This document shows positions 25,984 to 38,137 of a stretch of DNA of 64,000 bases, piece by piece. How positions within the stretch are numbered: the first letter of the stretch is position 1; each line of letters starts with the position of its first letter. The position numbers and the translations under genes were made by a program. The stretch covers positions 21,516,001 to 21,580,000 of the forward strand of contig NC_087245.1 of assembly GCF_037042905.1 (NCBI RefSeq), in the 5' to 3' direction. The notes under the pieces are model-generated. The model was not told the DNA's origin and did no database searches. It worked only from the letters and a program-made list of their open reading frames with translations. Source of the DNA: Lytechinus pictus. Its lineage: Eukaryota.

Positions 25984-28017
25984 TCAATCCGAAGATGAAC
26001 CTTTGGGTTTCTTGCGGAACACTTTGATGGTATCCTCATCAGAAACAACAACATGTCCTTCAGGTGATAGGCACACGTCGAATGGCTCCCTGAAAGCTGT
26101 AGCCACACACGCTACATACTGCCCCCGATCGGTGTACATGTGAACACCTTTCTCACTTCCACGTTCTTTGTGGACAACAAATATGTTGTTCTCGGCATCA
26201 CAGCAAACCCCGCTTGGCTTCAACTTTCCAGTTTCACCGTATGAATCGATAGCCAAAAGGAGTTTACCTTCCTTTGTCATGATTCTGATTTTTTGCTTCC
26301 TGGGACAGCTGACAACGATGCGATCTCGATGATCGGTTGCAATGTGACTGGGACCAACAACAGGGAGTGTCTTCAAAAGGGTGCCGTCGGCGTAATGGAA
26401 CGTGATGACGTTACGCTTACAGTCACCAACAAGGATTCGGTTCCGACGGTCTACGGTGACGCATGCTAGTTCGACGTCCAACATTTTTACTTCTTCGTCT
26501 TTGCTTGATGTCTCGAAACGAAGATAGAAGCGTCCCTGAGGGTCATATATGCGGACAAACTTTGATTTATCAACAGCAACGAATCGACCATCAGGAAGAC
26601 ATGCCACATCTTGAGGCATCGAAAGCTTCCCATCAGGTTTCTTGTCCGAGTTTAACAGGCATACGAATTTCCCATCTTTGTCTAGCACCTGCACGCGATC
26701 ATTTCCCCAGTCGGCGACAATAGTGTGCCCATCTAAAGATACCGAGACGCCTCTACACCAATCAAACTGCCCCTCTTTGGAACCTGGAGCCCCAATTGTA
26801 GATGCAAGCTCCCACACTGGTGTCGTGTCCTCACTGATTTCCTGCTCTGATTCAGTCGATTCACTCTTTAGTCCGTCCATTTCATCACTTTCATCTGCTG
26901 CATCTTCTCCTGTGATTTCGGCTATATCAATGATGCTCAGGTCCTCTGAAGGAAGCCTTGGTTGAAGCTTCTGTAAGTTCGCAAGCCTTGTTCGCACTGC
27001 ATGATCTAATGACAATAAATGATACTCGTCTCCAAAGTCAAGAACACTCTCTCCGAGCTCAAAAGCTGTTGCCAACTTTTCTAAGCCCATTTCAATTTTA
27101 TCGATGTGTTCTTCGATTTTATCATCGTTCTTTTTGACAACAGAATCTACATTTCCTATGTACCGTTCCTCACGAACCTCCAAGTCGTCTTTCTCATTCT
27201 TGATTGCCTCTCTGATCTCAGTACGAAGCTGTTCTGCGCTGCCCTTCAACTCATTTCGTGTCTTCTCAAGAATTTCCCACGCTCCACGGAACTTAGCTGC
27301 AGTCTGTTGCGTCTTGCGGATTGAAGCCTCCAGTTCTTGCTTCCTCGAAGCAGCAGCTTCCTCGATAGCAACACATCGGTGCTTCTCCCCTTTGTGGTAC
27401 AGAACAACGCAATCACTGCATGCCAACTGTGAACATTTCTCGCAGAATAAAGATATGGGCTCTTTGTGTTCGAGGCATAGTTTGTTGACTGTGTTTGTAT
27501 CGTCAAGATGAGGATCTTTCTCCTTCATCTTCTGCCATTCCTCCATAGTCACTACCGTGTGATCACGTAAGATCTTGACATTATTATGCGCCCTCTTGCA
27601 AGCCTTACACATAAACTCTCGACAGTCTTGGCATCGGCACGTCGCGACATTACCTTTCTCACAGGAAGTACATGTCTTTTCTGCAATACTTGTATCCGAT
27701 TCGGATTCCGTGCTCGACTCAACTTGGTCTCCCGTCAACATCGACTTCATTTTGGCAACCATCGTATTAATCGCCAAGTTGACCGCTGACGTTTTTACAA
27801 CCGTCCCGTCCTTACACAATTCACAAGAGAAATTCCCACCATTTTGCTTTTGCTTCTTCTCAATGCAGCTCCTGCAGTAGGTATGTAAACAAGACAGCAT
27901 CCGTGGGTCTTCGTATTCACGTTCACATATCGGGCAGGTGGTAAACTCTTCCATGAACTGTACACTGTGGATGTCCGTCTCAGGACTAGGATCGCCATCT
28001 TGTTGGTCAGTCGCCAT
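25984..28017 (-). CDS. TRIM-NHL E3 ubiquitin ligase (RING, two B-boxes, coiled coil, NHL repeats; TRIM2/3/71/56-like), 677 aa, single coding exon
   Basis: RING CPIC...C.H.YC..C...CELC; B-box1 CTSC...C.CQDC...C..C...H...H; B-box2 C..H...FCEKC...C..C...H...H; coiled coil; NHL repeats (GAPGSKEGQFDWCRGVSVS...VADWGNDRVQV). True start is probably M49 of the listed ORF (aaaATGG), preceded by the acceptor tttgtttacAG at 28033-28034; the first 48 codons of the ORF look intronic or UTR. Confidence 0.92.
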   Translation of the reverse strand: MATDQQDGDPSPETDIHSVQFMEEFTTCPICEREYEDPRMLSCLHTYCRSCIEKKQKQNGGNFSCELCKDGTVVKTSAVNLAINTMVAKMKSMLTGDQVESSTESESDTSIAEKTCTSCEKGNVATCRCQDCREFMCKACKRAHNNVKILRDHTVVTMEEWQKMKEKDPHLDDTNTVNKLCLEHKEPISLFCEKCSQLACSDCVVLYHKGEKHRCVAIEEAAASRKQELEASIRKTQQTAAKFRGAWEILEKTRNELKGSAEQLRTEIREAIKNEKDDLEVREERYIGNVDSVVKKNDDKIEEHIDKIEMGLEKLATAFELGESVLDFGDEYHLLSLDHAVRTRLANLQKLQPRLPSEDLSIIDIAEITGEDAADESDEMDGLKSESTESEQEISEDTTPVWELASTIGAPGSKEGQFDWCRGVSVSLDGHTIVADWGNDRVQVLDKDGKFVCLLNSDKKPDGKLSMPQDVACLPDGRFVAVDKSKFVRIYDPQGRFYLRFETSSKDEEVKMLDVELACVTVDRRNRILVGDCKRNVITFHYADGTLLKTLPVVGPSHIATDHRDRIVVSCPRKQKIRIMTKEGKLLLAIDSYGETGKLKPSGVCCDAENNIFVVHKERGSEKGVHMYTDRGQYVACVATAFREPFDVCLSPEGHVVVSDEDTIKVFRKKPKGSSSD

Positions 28018-28530
28018 TTTGGATAATGTAGCCTGTAAACAAAGAAATAGAAATAAAACATTGTTTAGTCTAGAGATATCAATTTCATTATCATTACCAA
28101 AAGCCAATATCAAATCTGATTGATAATCAATTTCGAGTTTCCATTGTCTCTTTGAAGCCATTCATTCTTTAGCCGGTTCTCCAAACCCTATACTTGAGAC
28201 GGAAATAGCGTCAAGAAACTTGCATGATGTGCTACGCCCCACCATATTGTTATTACCACAAACAATGTTCATGTATATCCTGTGTTCAATTGTTCTGTTT
28301 CAAATGAATTGACGTAAAACAAGAAATCAGAAGAAAAGAAACAGATAGTTTGGCCTGATAATGATTATCGATTCCCCTGCATGCTGACATATTCTACTTC
28401 GCATGCTCATCTGTCTCAGGCTCTCAGTCTATTTGGAAATTGATTTTTTGGGCGAAGGTGACCCACTCCTCCCTTAACATTTCAATACAACAATTAGTTT
28501 CCGGTGTACTGACAGAAAATAAAGAAATTC

Positions 28531-28566
28531 GCCCGCCCATCAATTACCGATTGGCCCATTGATTGG
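28531..28566 (-). promoter_or_regulatory. Two CCAAT boxes plus a GC box upstream of the TRIM-NHL exon
   Basis: ATTGG at 28550-28554 and 28562-28566 (GCCAATC on minus strand, both) and GGGCGG within 28531-28538. Confidence 0.35.
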
Positions 28567-28633
28567 CCTTATATTCAAATGATAGATTCTTGTAAAACGG
28601 GAAGGGGTGGGGGCTGCGTGTGAATTAATAATA

Positions 28634-29664
28634 CACTCAGCAAAAAAAGTTCTTGGACACTTATAAAAGTTAAAATATTTCATATAGATATTTTATTAAA
28701 GGCAAATTATTGAATGTCAACATGACCAGACAATATTCCTCTTCCAGTATGACATGACATTTTCATGTGAACAGTCATGCATGGGTGGTTAAATGCTTTA
28801 AACAATAGCAATGTCAGTAAAAGAAAATTGCAAGAAATGGATCAGTCAGTGCATGGCTGGTTACAGACATTAAACAATAGCAATGTCAGTAAAAGAAAAT
28901 TGCAAGAAAACGATCAGTCATTCTTTCAGTTGTGAAAGTTTGTGTGGCATAAATATCCATTAAACGATAAAAGCAAACTTTAAGTCAAATACCACTCTTA
29001 AAGGGAAGAGAAAGTTATTCAGCCTTGGATGCATCACTATTCCACTGGAATTTTAACTCAAATTTAGTCGATGAAAAAAATGTCAAATTTCAGTATCTTG
29101 GCATAAGCAACAGAAAAGTATCCTTATCCTCCTATCTTCTGCAGGGGTGGTGGCCCTAGGTCGACCACTCCTAGGGCGGTCTCTAACTTCATCAGCGAAA
29201 TACTGCTTGTTCAAATTTGAAATCGTTGTTGGTGAAACTTGGAAATATCGAGCCACTTGTCTAAATGACTGCCCAGACTGTAACATTCCTATTGCTCTTG
29301 CAATGAAAGCTTCATCTTGAAAGTGAGTGTCCAAATGATCCATCTCATTATGCATCTCATGATGCATCCCTAAGCATTCAATTCAAATGATAACTACCTG
29401 TTGAAATTGTTGAATGTATGCCTACAGGATGGCCATGATCATTAGCATTTGAATGGTCAATTTCTTGCAATTTTCTTTTACTGACATTGCTATTGTTTAA
29501 AGCATTTAACCAACCATGCATGACTGTTCACATGAAAATGTCATGTCATACTTGAAGAGGAATATTGTCTGGTCATGTTGACATACAATAATTTGATTAT
29601 AATCAAATATCTATATGGAATATTTTAACTTTTATAAGTGTCCAAGAACTTTTTTTGCCGAGTG
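28634..29664 (-). mobile_element. Internally deleted Tc1-family transposon with ~200-bp TIRs and a transposase N-terminal HTH remnant
   Basis: TA-CACTCAGCAAAAAAAGTTCTTGGACACTT ... AAGTGTCCAAGAACTTTTTTTGCCGAGTG-TA; ORF 29083-29367 ARAIGMLQSGQSFRQVARYFQVSPTTIS...DRPRSGRPRATTPAEDRRI is a paired-like HTH plus the GRPR motif; no DDE domain. Confidence 0.92.
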
Positions 29665-30376
29665 TACATACAGTGCAAAGACGGACACGTATAGTGCATG
29701 GATATCTGAATATCTTACTCTTCAATTCGATATGACTGAGATGCATGGACAGATAACATTTTGACGGAAGGGTCTAAATGTGAAAAGAATGCAATGCAGA
29801 TCGATGGTAAAGAATGATTAAGTGTAAAAGCTGATAATGCATTGAATTTCATACTGTTTTCCCTTTTATTGAATGAAATATATCGCTGATTTTATAACAA
29901 AACCATAGTGGTCATCGAGTCATAATTCAGTGTTGTTGATGAAGCCAGAATTCATATCGAAAGAATTTCAGATATACCATTTGAAAGAAAAGTACATGTA
30001 GCCGTCGCATGTCATAATCGCTTGCACTGTACAACCTGATCGATCGGTCATATTACACCATAAGCATTAAGCATATATATGGGAGCAATCTACAAGAAGA
30101 ATCTTAACATTCGTTTTGGAATTGTATGTAGGCCTATACACACATGAATGTTGTACGTCCATATTGTTTAATGGGCTTCCACAATAACAGAATTAATCGC
30201 CAGGCATATTGCCACTTGTGTTTTAAAAGCCCCCTAGGTATAGTTCCCCCATGGAGCTAAATAAATATTGACAAAAGGAACAGAACAACCCTTACTATTG
30301 ATATCACGCGGAACGAAAACTGAGCTTCGTTGGAGTTTGTATTCATTTTAGTATTCGCCTGATCCGGCTCGTTTAC

Positions 30377-30460
30377 GTTGCTATGAGAAGGTAGCAACTA
30401 GCTTCATGTTTCTATGGCAACTGGTAAATTGGATAAAGCACGGTTGCCCTCGTGGAAAAC
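30377..30460. promoter_or_regulatory. Cluster of RFX X-box motifs
   Basis: Consensus-quality GTTTCTATGGCAAC at 30408-30421, plus GTTGCTATGAG...TAGCAAC (30377-30398) and a GTTGCC half-site (~30443). Confidence 0.65.
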
Positions 30461-33400
30461 CATGGGGGTATTCCAGAGACGGCATCATTGTCTAGGAATT
30501 GAGTTACCCTTGAAATTGTAATTGCATACCGCTGGCGGCAATCCATCTGACACTATCACATTACTGCACCCCTGCATCGCTTAAGTCTAAACAACGACAA
30601 AATTGGAGACCTTTCTACAAGAGCTTTGCGACATTGTAGGCCCATTCACCAGTGATCACCACACCCCTTCAAATTAAACACGTAAATGCAAAATAAGAGT
30701 TATTAAATCAAAGCAAAAGGGTCGAATCGTCGAAGGTTTGGTTCAAATTTAAAGCTCATATGGAAAAGGACAAACCTTAAGAGATTCAGTACAAGTTCCG
30801 TAGAAGCTCATGAATATGCAGCATGTAAAGTTTCCTAAACTACGCGTGAATAGATGTTCTTATTCTTTAAAAAAGGGTTCGTTGCAAAAGTACGCCGTGA
30901 TGTAAAACGTTTGAAAAGACTTATCAACTCCCCATCCATTTGCAACTTTGCTCTATTGGCGTACCATTTCGTCCAGAACAAGTTGCTCCACCGTAATGAA
31001 AAGGATATCGCCGATGAATGCTTAGTCCGTATAGTCGCAAACAGTGGCGTATATAGGGGAAGGGGCCATGGTGACTGGACTCAATCCCACCCCCTAAAGA
31101 AAAAAAAAATCAGCGAACCAAAAAAAAAGGGATCAAAAGAGATACGAGGAAGGGAAAATTATTAAATAATAAATATGATAACATTTTCTGGATATTATGT
31201 AAAAATATGTCCCAATTTATATTTTAATTTAAAAAAGATCAATACTTTGATTCGCCTATGACCTTTTCAAAAACACAATTGTATATTAATCAACTGCGGG
31301 ATTCAACATTTGTAATTTTGATGATAAAATTGTGTGAAATCAAAACAACAGATTGGTAAAAATTTGAAAGAAATCAGACCAGGAATAAGAAAGTCTTGAC
31401 TTAAAAAAGGAAATCACCGTATAAGGTCTAACTCTGACATTGACATTTTAGTGGGGGTATTGGACCTAGGTCCATGAATAGTATAACAAATAATTATGGT
31501 AAAGACGACATCCCATATATGCCATTATGATAAAATTATCAGGATATTTCAATTGTCTCTCAGGTAGCCTTTCCCTCTGGGAAGTACTATATCAATGACA
31601 GCATATTCTAACATGTCGTAAAAGAGTATTATTTTGAGAAAAATATTACAAAAGATGTTTTATTTATTATGTGTATTCAAAGTCCTTACATCTGTGGCCA
31701 ATTTGAAATCCCCATACTTATGTATAGGCCTACCTAATAAGAAAATAGTTATTACAACTTTAAAGACTTTTGTATACCCATAAAACTGCATCTTATTTCT
31801 AATACATTTTGGAAAGAATCTTTCCATGTGGGTTTGATTTCCATTTCAGGTTCATGCCAAAGAGACTATATAGCTGACATTTAAGAAATTGACAAATAAA
31901 AATAAGAGCATGTTTATCCAATAAGGTACTATTATTATGGGAAATTATTTGCTGCAAAATCCTTTGCTCATGTTATTAAAATTTGCCTTTGCATCCCGCT
32001 TTGCATTTACCACTACGTAGTCCCCGAGTACCCTTTGTGCATTATTCTGATCCAACCAAGGATATTAAATTAATGAACAATGTCGGATCAATAACTTGCC
32101 GTCCCAAGGAAACAACTCTTTTGTCATTTTCCAGTTCTCCATGATTGTATGTCTCATAATGACATTAGCCTATTTATTTCGAACAATAACAAATCTATCG
32201 TATCCCAGAGGACTCAGACTGAGTAATGCATGGTGTTCGAATAAAGCATGATTGCTAACCTTCTTCCACTCCTGCAAGCCTACTTTAAAATCATTTATAA
32301 ATTTTCACTGTCAAAATGTTGCAGTTTATCCCATCGATCAGTAGACATCAAAATAATCAAATATTTGAAAGGTCTGAAGGTCAATTATTTTGAATACAGT
32401 GATTCCCCGAGTGATTCACATTATTTCGGCGTAGACCGCCTTAAACTTCAATGTCTCTCTCTCTGATTAAAATTTTATAGACATGCATTTTAAATAAAAT
32501 AAAATAATATTGGTACCCCTTTGGTACTTACGCTTTAGTTTAATAGTTAGAGTCGGTCAGAACATTATTATGATTCTCCAAAATATATTCAAGTCACAGT
32601 GTACTGCAAATCGTCAAAGGAAGTTCAGTCAATGAGGCATCTTATTTAAGGACTTATATTCCTCCAAGTAACATCTCTTCTAAAAAAGTCGGTATATTCA
32701 CTTGTCGCACCAACTGGAACATGAATGACTGTTGATCGCAGTGCTCTCTCTCTAGCTGGTAGTATACACGCGCTGAATATTATATTCTGTTCCTGTTTTC
32801 GCTTGCTTCCAATTATTACATCTTGAGTCACACCCACTTGAAATCCCCCTTTGTTCGGTGGCTATCCGCAATAGAAATGTCCTTTCAAGATAAGGTACAC
32901 CTATATATCATCCTCCATTTCTTTTATCCTACGAAATTGCCTGCGTCACCTTCGCGTCCTAGTGGTATTAGAAGTACTATTATGACCAATTCAATGGGAA
33001 GTCGTTTGAAATCTATTTTCTCCGTTGCGTCCGTGCATGCAGTGCAGTTCGGTGGGGCGTGTGCATGCCAACAGTACACTGCTAGTTGTATAGTCGTAGT
33101 CCAAGCAAATTCAACCTTGACTGTGCATATTCAAATGAGCATAATCAATCAATATTTGTTTTCACACCAAGTTTTCGTTCACTGATTAGATGAGAGAGAC
33201 TTTGCACCGATGGCACATTTCTAATCAGAAACACATTGCCTACCTTTATCATTTTTATCCTCTATTAAAAAGTTATGGCAACTCTGATGACTTGATATAC
33301 GCCTAAACATAAACACGGATTTGGGCTTTCAATGTGAGGCAATATAGATGCATCGAATATTGTTGCAAAATTAAAGAGCCTGGTGCCTGGTGAAAACTGA

Positions 33401-34174
33401 AAAATAATTTCTCATAAATCCAAAAATTATGGCCGGGCTTGAATTAACTTCCCATTCAGTGTTGTATGATTCCTATATCAAATGCTGATAATTTATTTTT
33501 TTCATCATCATTTCTTACTCGTGCCTGTAACATTTACACGTATTAGACCTATCTTATAAGCCCATCATTTTAGGGAATTATATCGATCGCTGTTATATAT
33601 ACACAAAGGTCCTGAAAAGGGGGCAACTTGAGCTAGATTAAAATTCAATGAGGAGATTTCATTGACGTAAGTTAGAACATCCTTAATAAAAGAGATCTCC
33701 CACTTGCCGCCCAACCTCACGAAGCTTTCATCCATTTAGATCAGATTAGCAGAATAATGATCTTGATAAATCAATTAAACTCAAGTTCCCATTTCGGCAG
33801 ATCCATTCTTTAAAGCCATCTACTAAAATCCAATTAAATTTTCAGAAAAGATTGAAGGAAAACTTTTAAGCTCCAAGTACCTTTGTGTAAAAAAAAGAAA
33901 GAAGATAAACACTTAATAAGAGCCCGATTTTTCATCATGATCAAGACAAATAAAGAGAACTGCATGGACAGAATGAAGGGTGAAATTTAAATATTATTTT
34001 CAGAATATTATGTCAACATCTATCACAAAATTGGATTTAAAAAAAATATGGTCGCTCGATTCGCTCGCATTTTTCTTTTAAATTTTGCCTGATACGCCAT
34101 ATCTGGCCCCCGTAAATTTGTTTGGCTCATTACGCCACTGATAAGAGCTGGAATGTTGTTGTATATGTGGCAAT

Positions 34175-34417
34175 GGGGGCGTCATGGTCAAGTGGTTATG
34201 ACTCTCGTTTTTCAATGAGAGGGGCCTGGGTTCGAATCTCAGTCACGGCGTGTTTTCCTTCAAGAAATTTATCCACATTGTGCTGCACTCAACCCAGGTG
34301 GTGTTAATGGGTACCCGGCAGGATTTAGTCCTTGAATGCTCCAAGCGCCTGTATACCAGCTGGAGCTACAGCCGGGTATAGTGCGCCATTGAATATAATC
34401 GGCGCCTCATATATACA
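34175..34417 (+). mobile_element. tRNA-derived SINE
   Basis: Head with A-box TGGTCAAGTGG and B-box GGTTCGAATC, followed by a SINE-like core (CAACCCAGGTG...AATGGGTACC) instead of a tRNA 3' acceptor strand; AT-rich tail interrupted by a MITE. Confidence 0.75.
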
Positions 34418-35402
34418 CAGTGCGTATCAAAAAAAATTTACACTTTGAAAAAATGCTGTAAAATTTACATTTGTAATATCCTGAAGATTTTTCCACATTT
34501 TAACATTGGTACAGATCCATTTAAGCAAATGACGATATAAATGTCGAAAAATATTTCCGCTTGAGTGAGCACCACTTACTTTTGAAAAGTTAGTGAAAAA
34601 TGATTTGCGCAGAACTTTGAAATAGTTATGCGAATAAAAGTAGACCTTAATCATGAAGAACACATGGAATTTAGCTAGTAAAATTGATTTGAAGATATCT
34701 TTTACCTTTTTTACCTTGTTTCCTTGCCCAAAACACTTCGAAGAGTGCATTGCACCCTACCCTACTCCCCAACACACGGAGGCCATCGTGACGATATTTG
34801 CTTTACACTGAGCTGTGATTTATATGAAATGGCTTAGGCTTGATTTTCATTTTGTTAATCATTGTCAAGCTTGGGAAAAGTGTGGAGAAGCAAGTATTAA
34901 ATGAAAAATGAAATGTAAACCTACTTTAAATGATAAAAACTTAGTGAAAAAATGCTGGAGATATCTGATAAAAACTTTTGTTCAGATTCAGTTATGTCCT
35001 CAGATCCAGCTGGCACAAAGAGGGTAAAGGTTGTGCTTACTACGTGTTGAAATTTCAATTTGGATGGCAAAATTGTTGCAAAATGCTTGAATGTATCCGT
35101 TTTATTTCAATTGACTAAAAGTGCAAGGGAAATGTATGAGAAATTTTTCGCAGGGTAAGTTTGATTTCACCCTTTCCCCTTGACACAGCGTGAAAACGAA
35201 CATTTCTGCGCAAACAGATTTCTGCGAGCTTTAAAAAAATGGACAGTGCTCACTCAAGTGTAACATTCTGTGAAAACTTTTACTTTCATTAGATAGATGA
35301 GACCCAAACCCAAAATTATATGTCAAAAAATTACCCACATGTTGTATATTTTTTAATTCCCAGGGTTTTTTCAAAGTGTAAACTTTTTTTTGATACGCAC
35401 TG
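34418..35402. mobile_element. Tc1/mariner-like non-autonomous element inserted in the SINE tail
   Basis: TIR CAGTGCGTATCAAAAAAAATTTACACTTTGAAAAA / TTTTTCAAAGTGTAAACTTTTTTTTGATACGCACTG-TA; internal CTTGAGTGAGCAC / GTGCTCACTCAAG inverted pair. Confidence 0.85.
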
Positions 35403-37116
35403 TATAAATATTGTTATTACCATGACTAATGGTACTTTGAGGAAAGAAACATGCCAATGCGATATTCGATGGGGTGAGATGCACCAAAAGCCATCGCCCC
35501 AATCCGATTAAAAATGACGCGAAAAAAGTAATGGAAATTGTCTATGCCAACAAAATAGACTCCTTATCCATAGAAATTATACACATTTTTTGGGGGGTCT
35601 ATATTTCCATATTTTGGTCTGGTGTTGACTCAAGATAGAAAAACTGAAATTAAATCAAGCTCAAAGAATTCGGGGGGGGGGGGGAGGGGGGGGTTGTCCC
35701 CTCTTTCCTGGCATTGCTGCATATGTTTATGCCACTCGGAATTTTCGATGCATTTCAAAGTTTAGTGCTTTATTATACATGGGTGCCTATTTGAATACTT
35801 AAAATACTTGTAATCATAAAGTTCAAAATCATTAGACATGGAAGCATTATTCACAAATGGACTCTTTTTAATTGGGTGTACATCGATATTAGTTTGAAGT
35901 TTTCAGTAACAGTCTTACACATGGGGGCTCAGGGGGCACTGCCCTACCTCAAATAAGGACCACGACAGAATAAAAAAGAGTGAAATTAAAAATAATAAAA
36001 ATTGTATTATTTGTTGAATATTATGTCAAAATCTAACATAAAATTATATATTTTTTTATTCGAAAATATCTCGCTCGCTCTCGACCTTTTAGAAATGTAT
36101 CAAACACGCCATACTGAGTTCCATCAACCTTTTAATTGACTTATTACGCCGCTTTCTTTTTTAGTCTCACATCCCCGTCCACTCTAATCTGTATATTCCT
36201 CGCTCCAGGATTCATGTTTGAAAAAGTTTCACAATAATCATAACTGGAGTGCGCGCCAGGTCGTTCTAATTCATCGAAATGAAAGGGTTGCTGCATGGTC
36301 ACTTCGCCCCCTCGCTCGTGTATACCGTCACTAAATATTGAATATCCCCCTTATCAACAAAATGGTCTCAGAGAGTTGTTAAATGTGAAGTTGGCATCGA
36401 AGTAAGACAAAGTTGAACTGTAAAAAGATCGTTTGACATAAGTTGAAAAATGCTGGGTAATTTTTATTCTGTATAGACGTTTTTTAATTTTTAATTTACT
36501 TATTTATTTATCAATATTATTTTTTTTGGGGGGTGGGGTGCAGTGGCGGACTGGCGGTGTCTTGGGGGCCGGGAGCGATTTCCCCTTCTTATTTTTAAGA
36601 GTAGTGGAAAAAATAAAATAAAAAAGAGATGAAGACAAGGGAAGAAAGAAGGGGAAGAGGAATGTAAAAGTGAGAGATTGAAGTCGTTTATTTAACCCTA
36701 TAATTCAATTAGGAAAAAATATGACAGCACATCTAGGTCGACCCCCCCCCCGGACTTAGGACCATATGCAAAACCATATAGGGCCTACAGTTAAGTCCCC
36801 CAAAAAGAAAACGCAACAAGAATCATCCATGATTTTATCAAAACTTAATCACAAATACAAAATACAAAGCTTAGAATCTTCCCTTTAACACATGAGAGAG
36901 TAAAATAAATTGAAGAAAGGACAAAAAAAGTCACTTGTCGGGGGTATCTTAATTTCGAAAAGAAAATCACAAGAGAAATCTGCTCTTCGATACCTTAAAA
37001 ACATAAATTTTAAAGAAAATAATGACAAAGTCCGGTCTCCAAAAAAAAAATGCTTGTATTTTGTTAATTTAAATTTAACAAATGTATTTTCACATATCGC
37101 TATCAGGAGCTATATT

Positions 37117-37308
37117 CACTGGCGGATCCAGGGGGGGGGGGCACATCCGGCCCGTGCCCCCTTTTGAGAGGCATAATCTGTATTTGTAATGTAAATGTGC
37201 CGTTCTAGCATGTGTGCTCCCCCATTTGAAAGCGAGGACCTTTTTTTCGCTTGTCAAATTTTCCTCGGGGAAAATGCGCCCCCTTGGAAAATCCTGAATC
37301 CACCCCTC
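37117..37308. mobile_element. hAT-like MITE
   Basis: CACTGGCGGATCCAGG ... CCTGAATCCACCCCTC with a near-identical 8-bp flank GCTATATT / GCTATATG. Confidence 0.65.
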
Positions 37309-38137
37309 GCTATATGGTTAGGGTTTTAAAAGATTTTATGCATGGCTGATCGTCAACATAAAGGACTATTAATCCCAGAGCTAGTATGAAAAACGCCTTC
37401 ATTTTTTTGTAAAATATTGAAATTCAAACATTATTAAAATAAACAAATCGTTTGTTGTTTATTTCTTTACCACTTTCTGTGATTAAGGTATTGGTATTTT
37501 AAAAAAATGTGATATATTTGTAAATTCTGATACTCCCCCCGACAAGTGACACTTTGGTATCCTTTCTTAATTTTTGTTTTACTTACTTTAGTCATGCTTG
37601 AATAAGGAATCTCTTGAGTTATAGCAAGTGAAAGAGGAGATTCATGATTGGAATGATTATGATAAATCATCAATACTTCTCGGTTTCGTTTTTTTCTGGG
37701 ACGCACTGTACAAATATTATAGTCTGTAATAAACCTCAATTAATATTTACGATATCTTATGGTGTTTACAGTCTAGGCTTAATTTTCATAATTTGTAAAA
37801 TTGATTTCTATATGCCTTCTTGATTGTTTGTGTTGATATCTTATTCATATTTAAAAAAAATAGTTTCACATTATCGATAAAAGTGAAAGGATATCACATA
37901 TAACATACAAATGCAATGACTGTGTATTAACAAAAGAAAGATTTTTTGTTTCATTTACTGCACGAACTGCTATTATATATATATATATATATATACCCAT
38001 ATACTAGCTGAACTGGAAATATTAAACTAATGTCAATTTTAAAGGGGCACTCCGGGCCGAAAATAATAATACCTAAATAAATATAGTAAAATTCACTGAG
38101 CAAAACACTGGAAATTTCATCAAAATATGAAAAAAAT

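Noticed and set aside
26463..28123. Several plus-strand and alternate-frame ORFs overlapping the TRIM gene
   Set aside because: Antisense or shifted-frame shadows of the real CDS.
28018..28161. 48-aa N-terminal extension of the TRIM ORF
   Set aside because: Contains a polypyrimidine tract and AG acceptor; it reads as intron plus 5'UTR.
31042..34140. CAGTGGCGTA ... TACGCCACTG as the ends of one 3.1-kb transposon
   Set aside because: Flanks share no TSD, and each end is adjoined by the same family body sequence, indicating two separate partial copies.
34175..34250. Second tRNA gene
   Set aside because: No proper acceptor stem or terminator; it continues into a SINE body.
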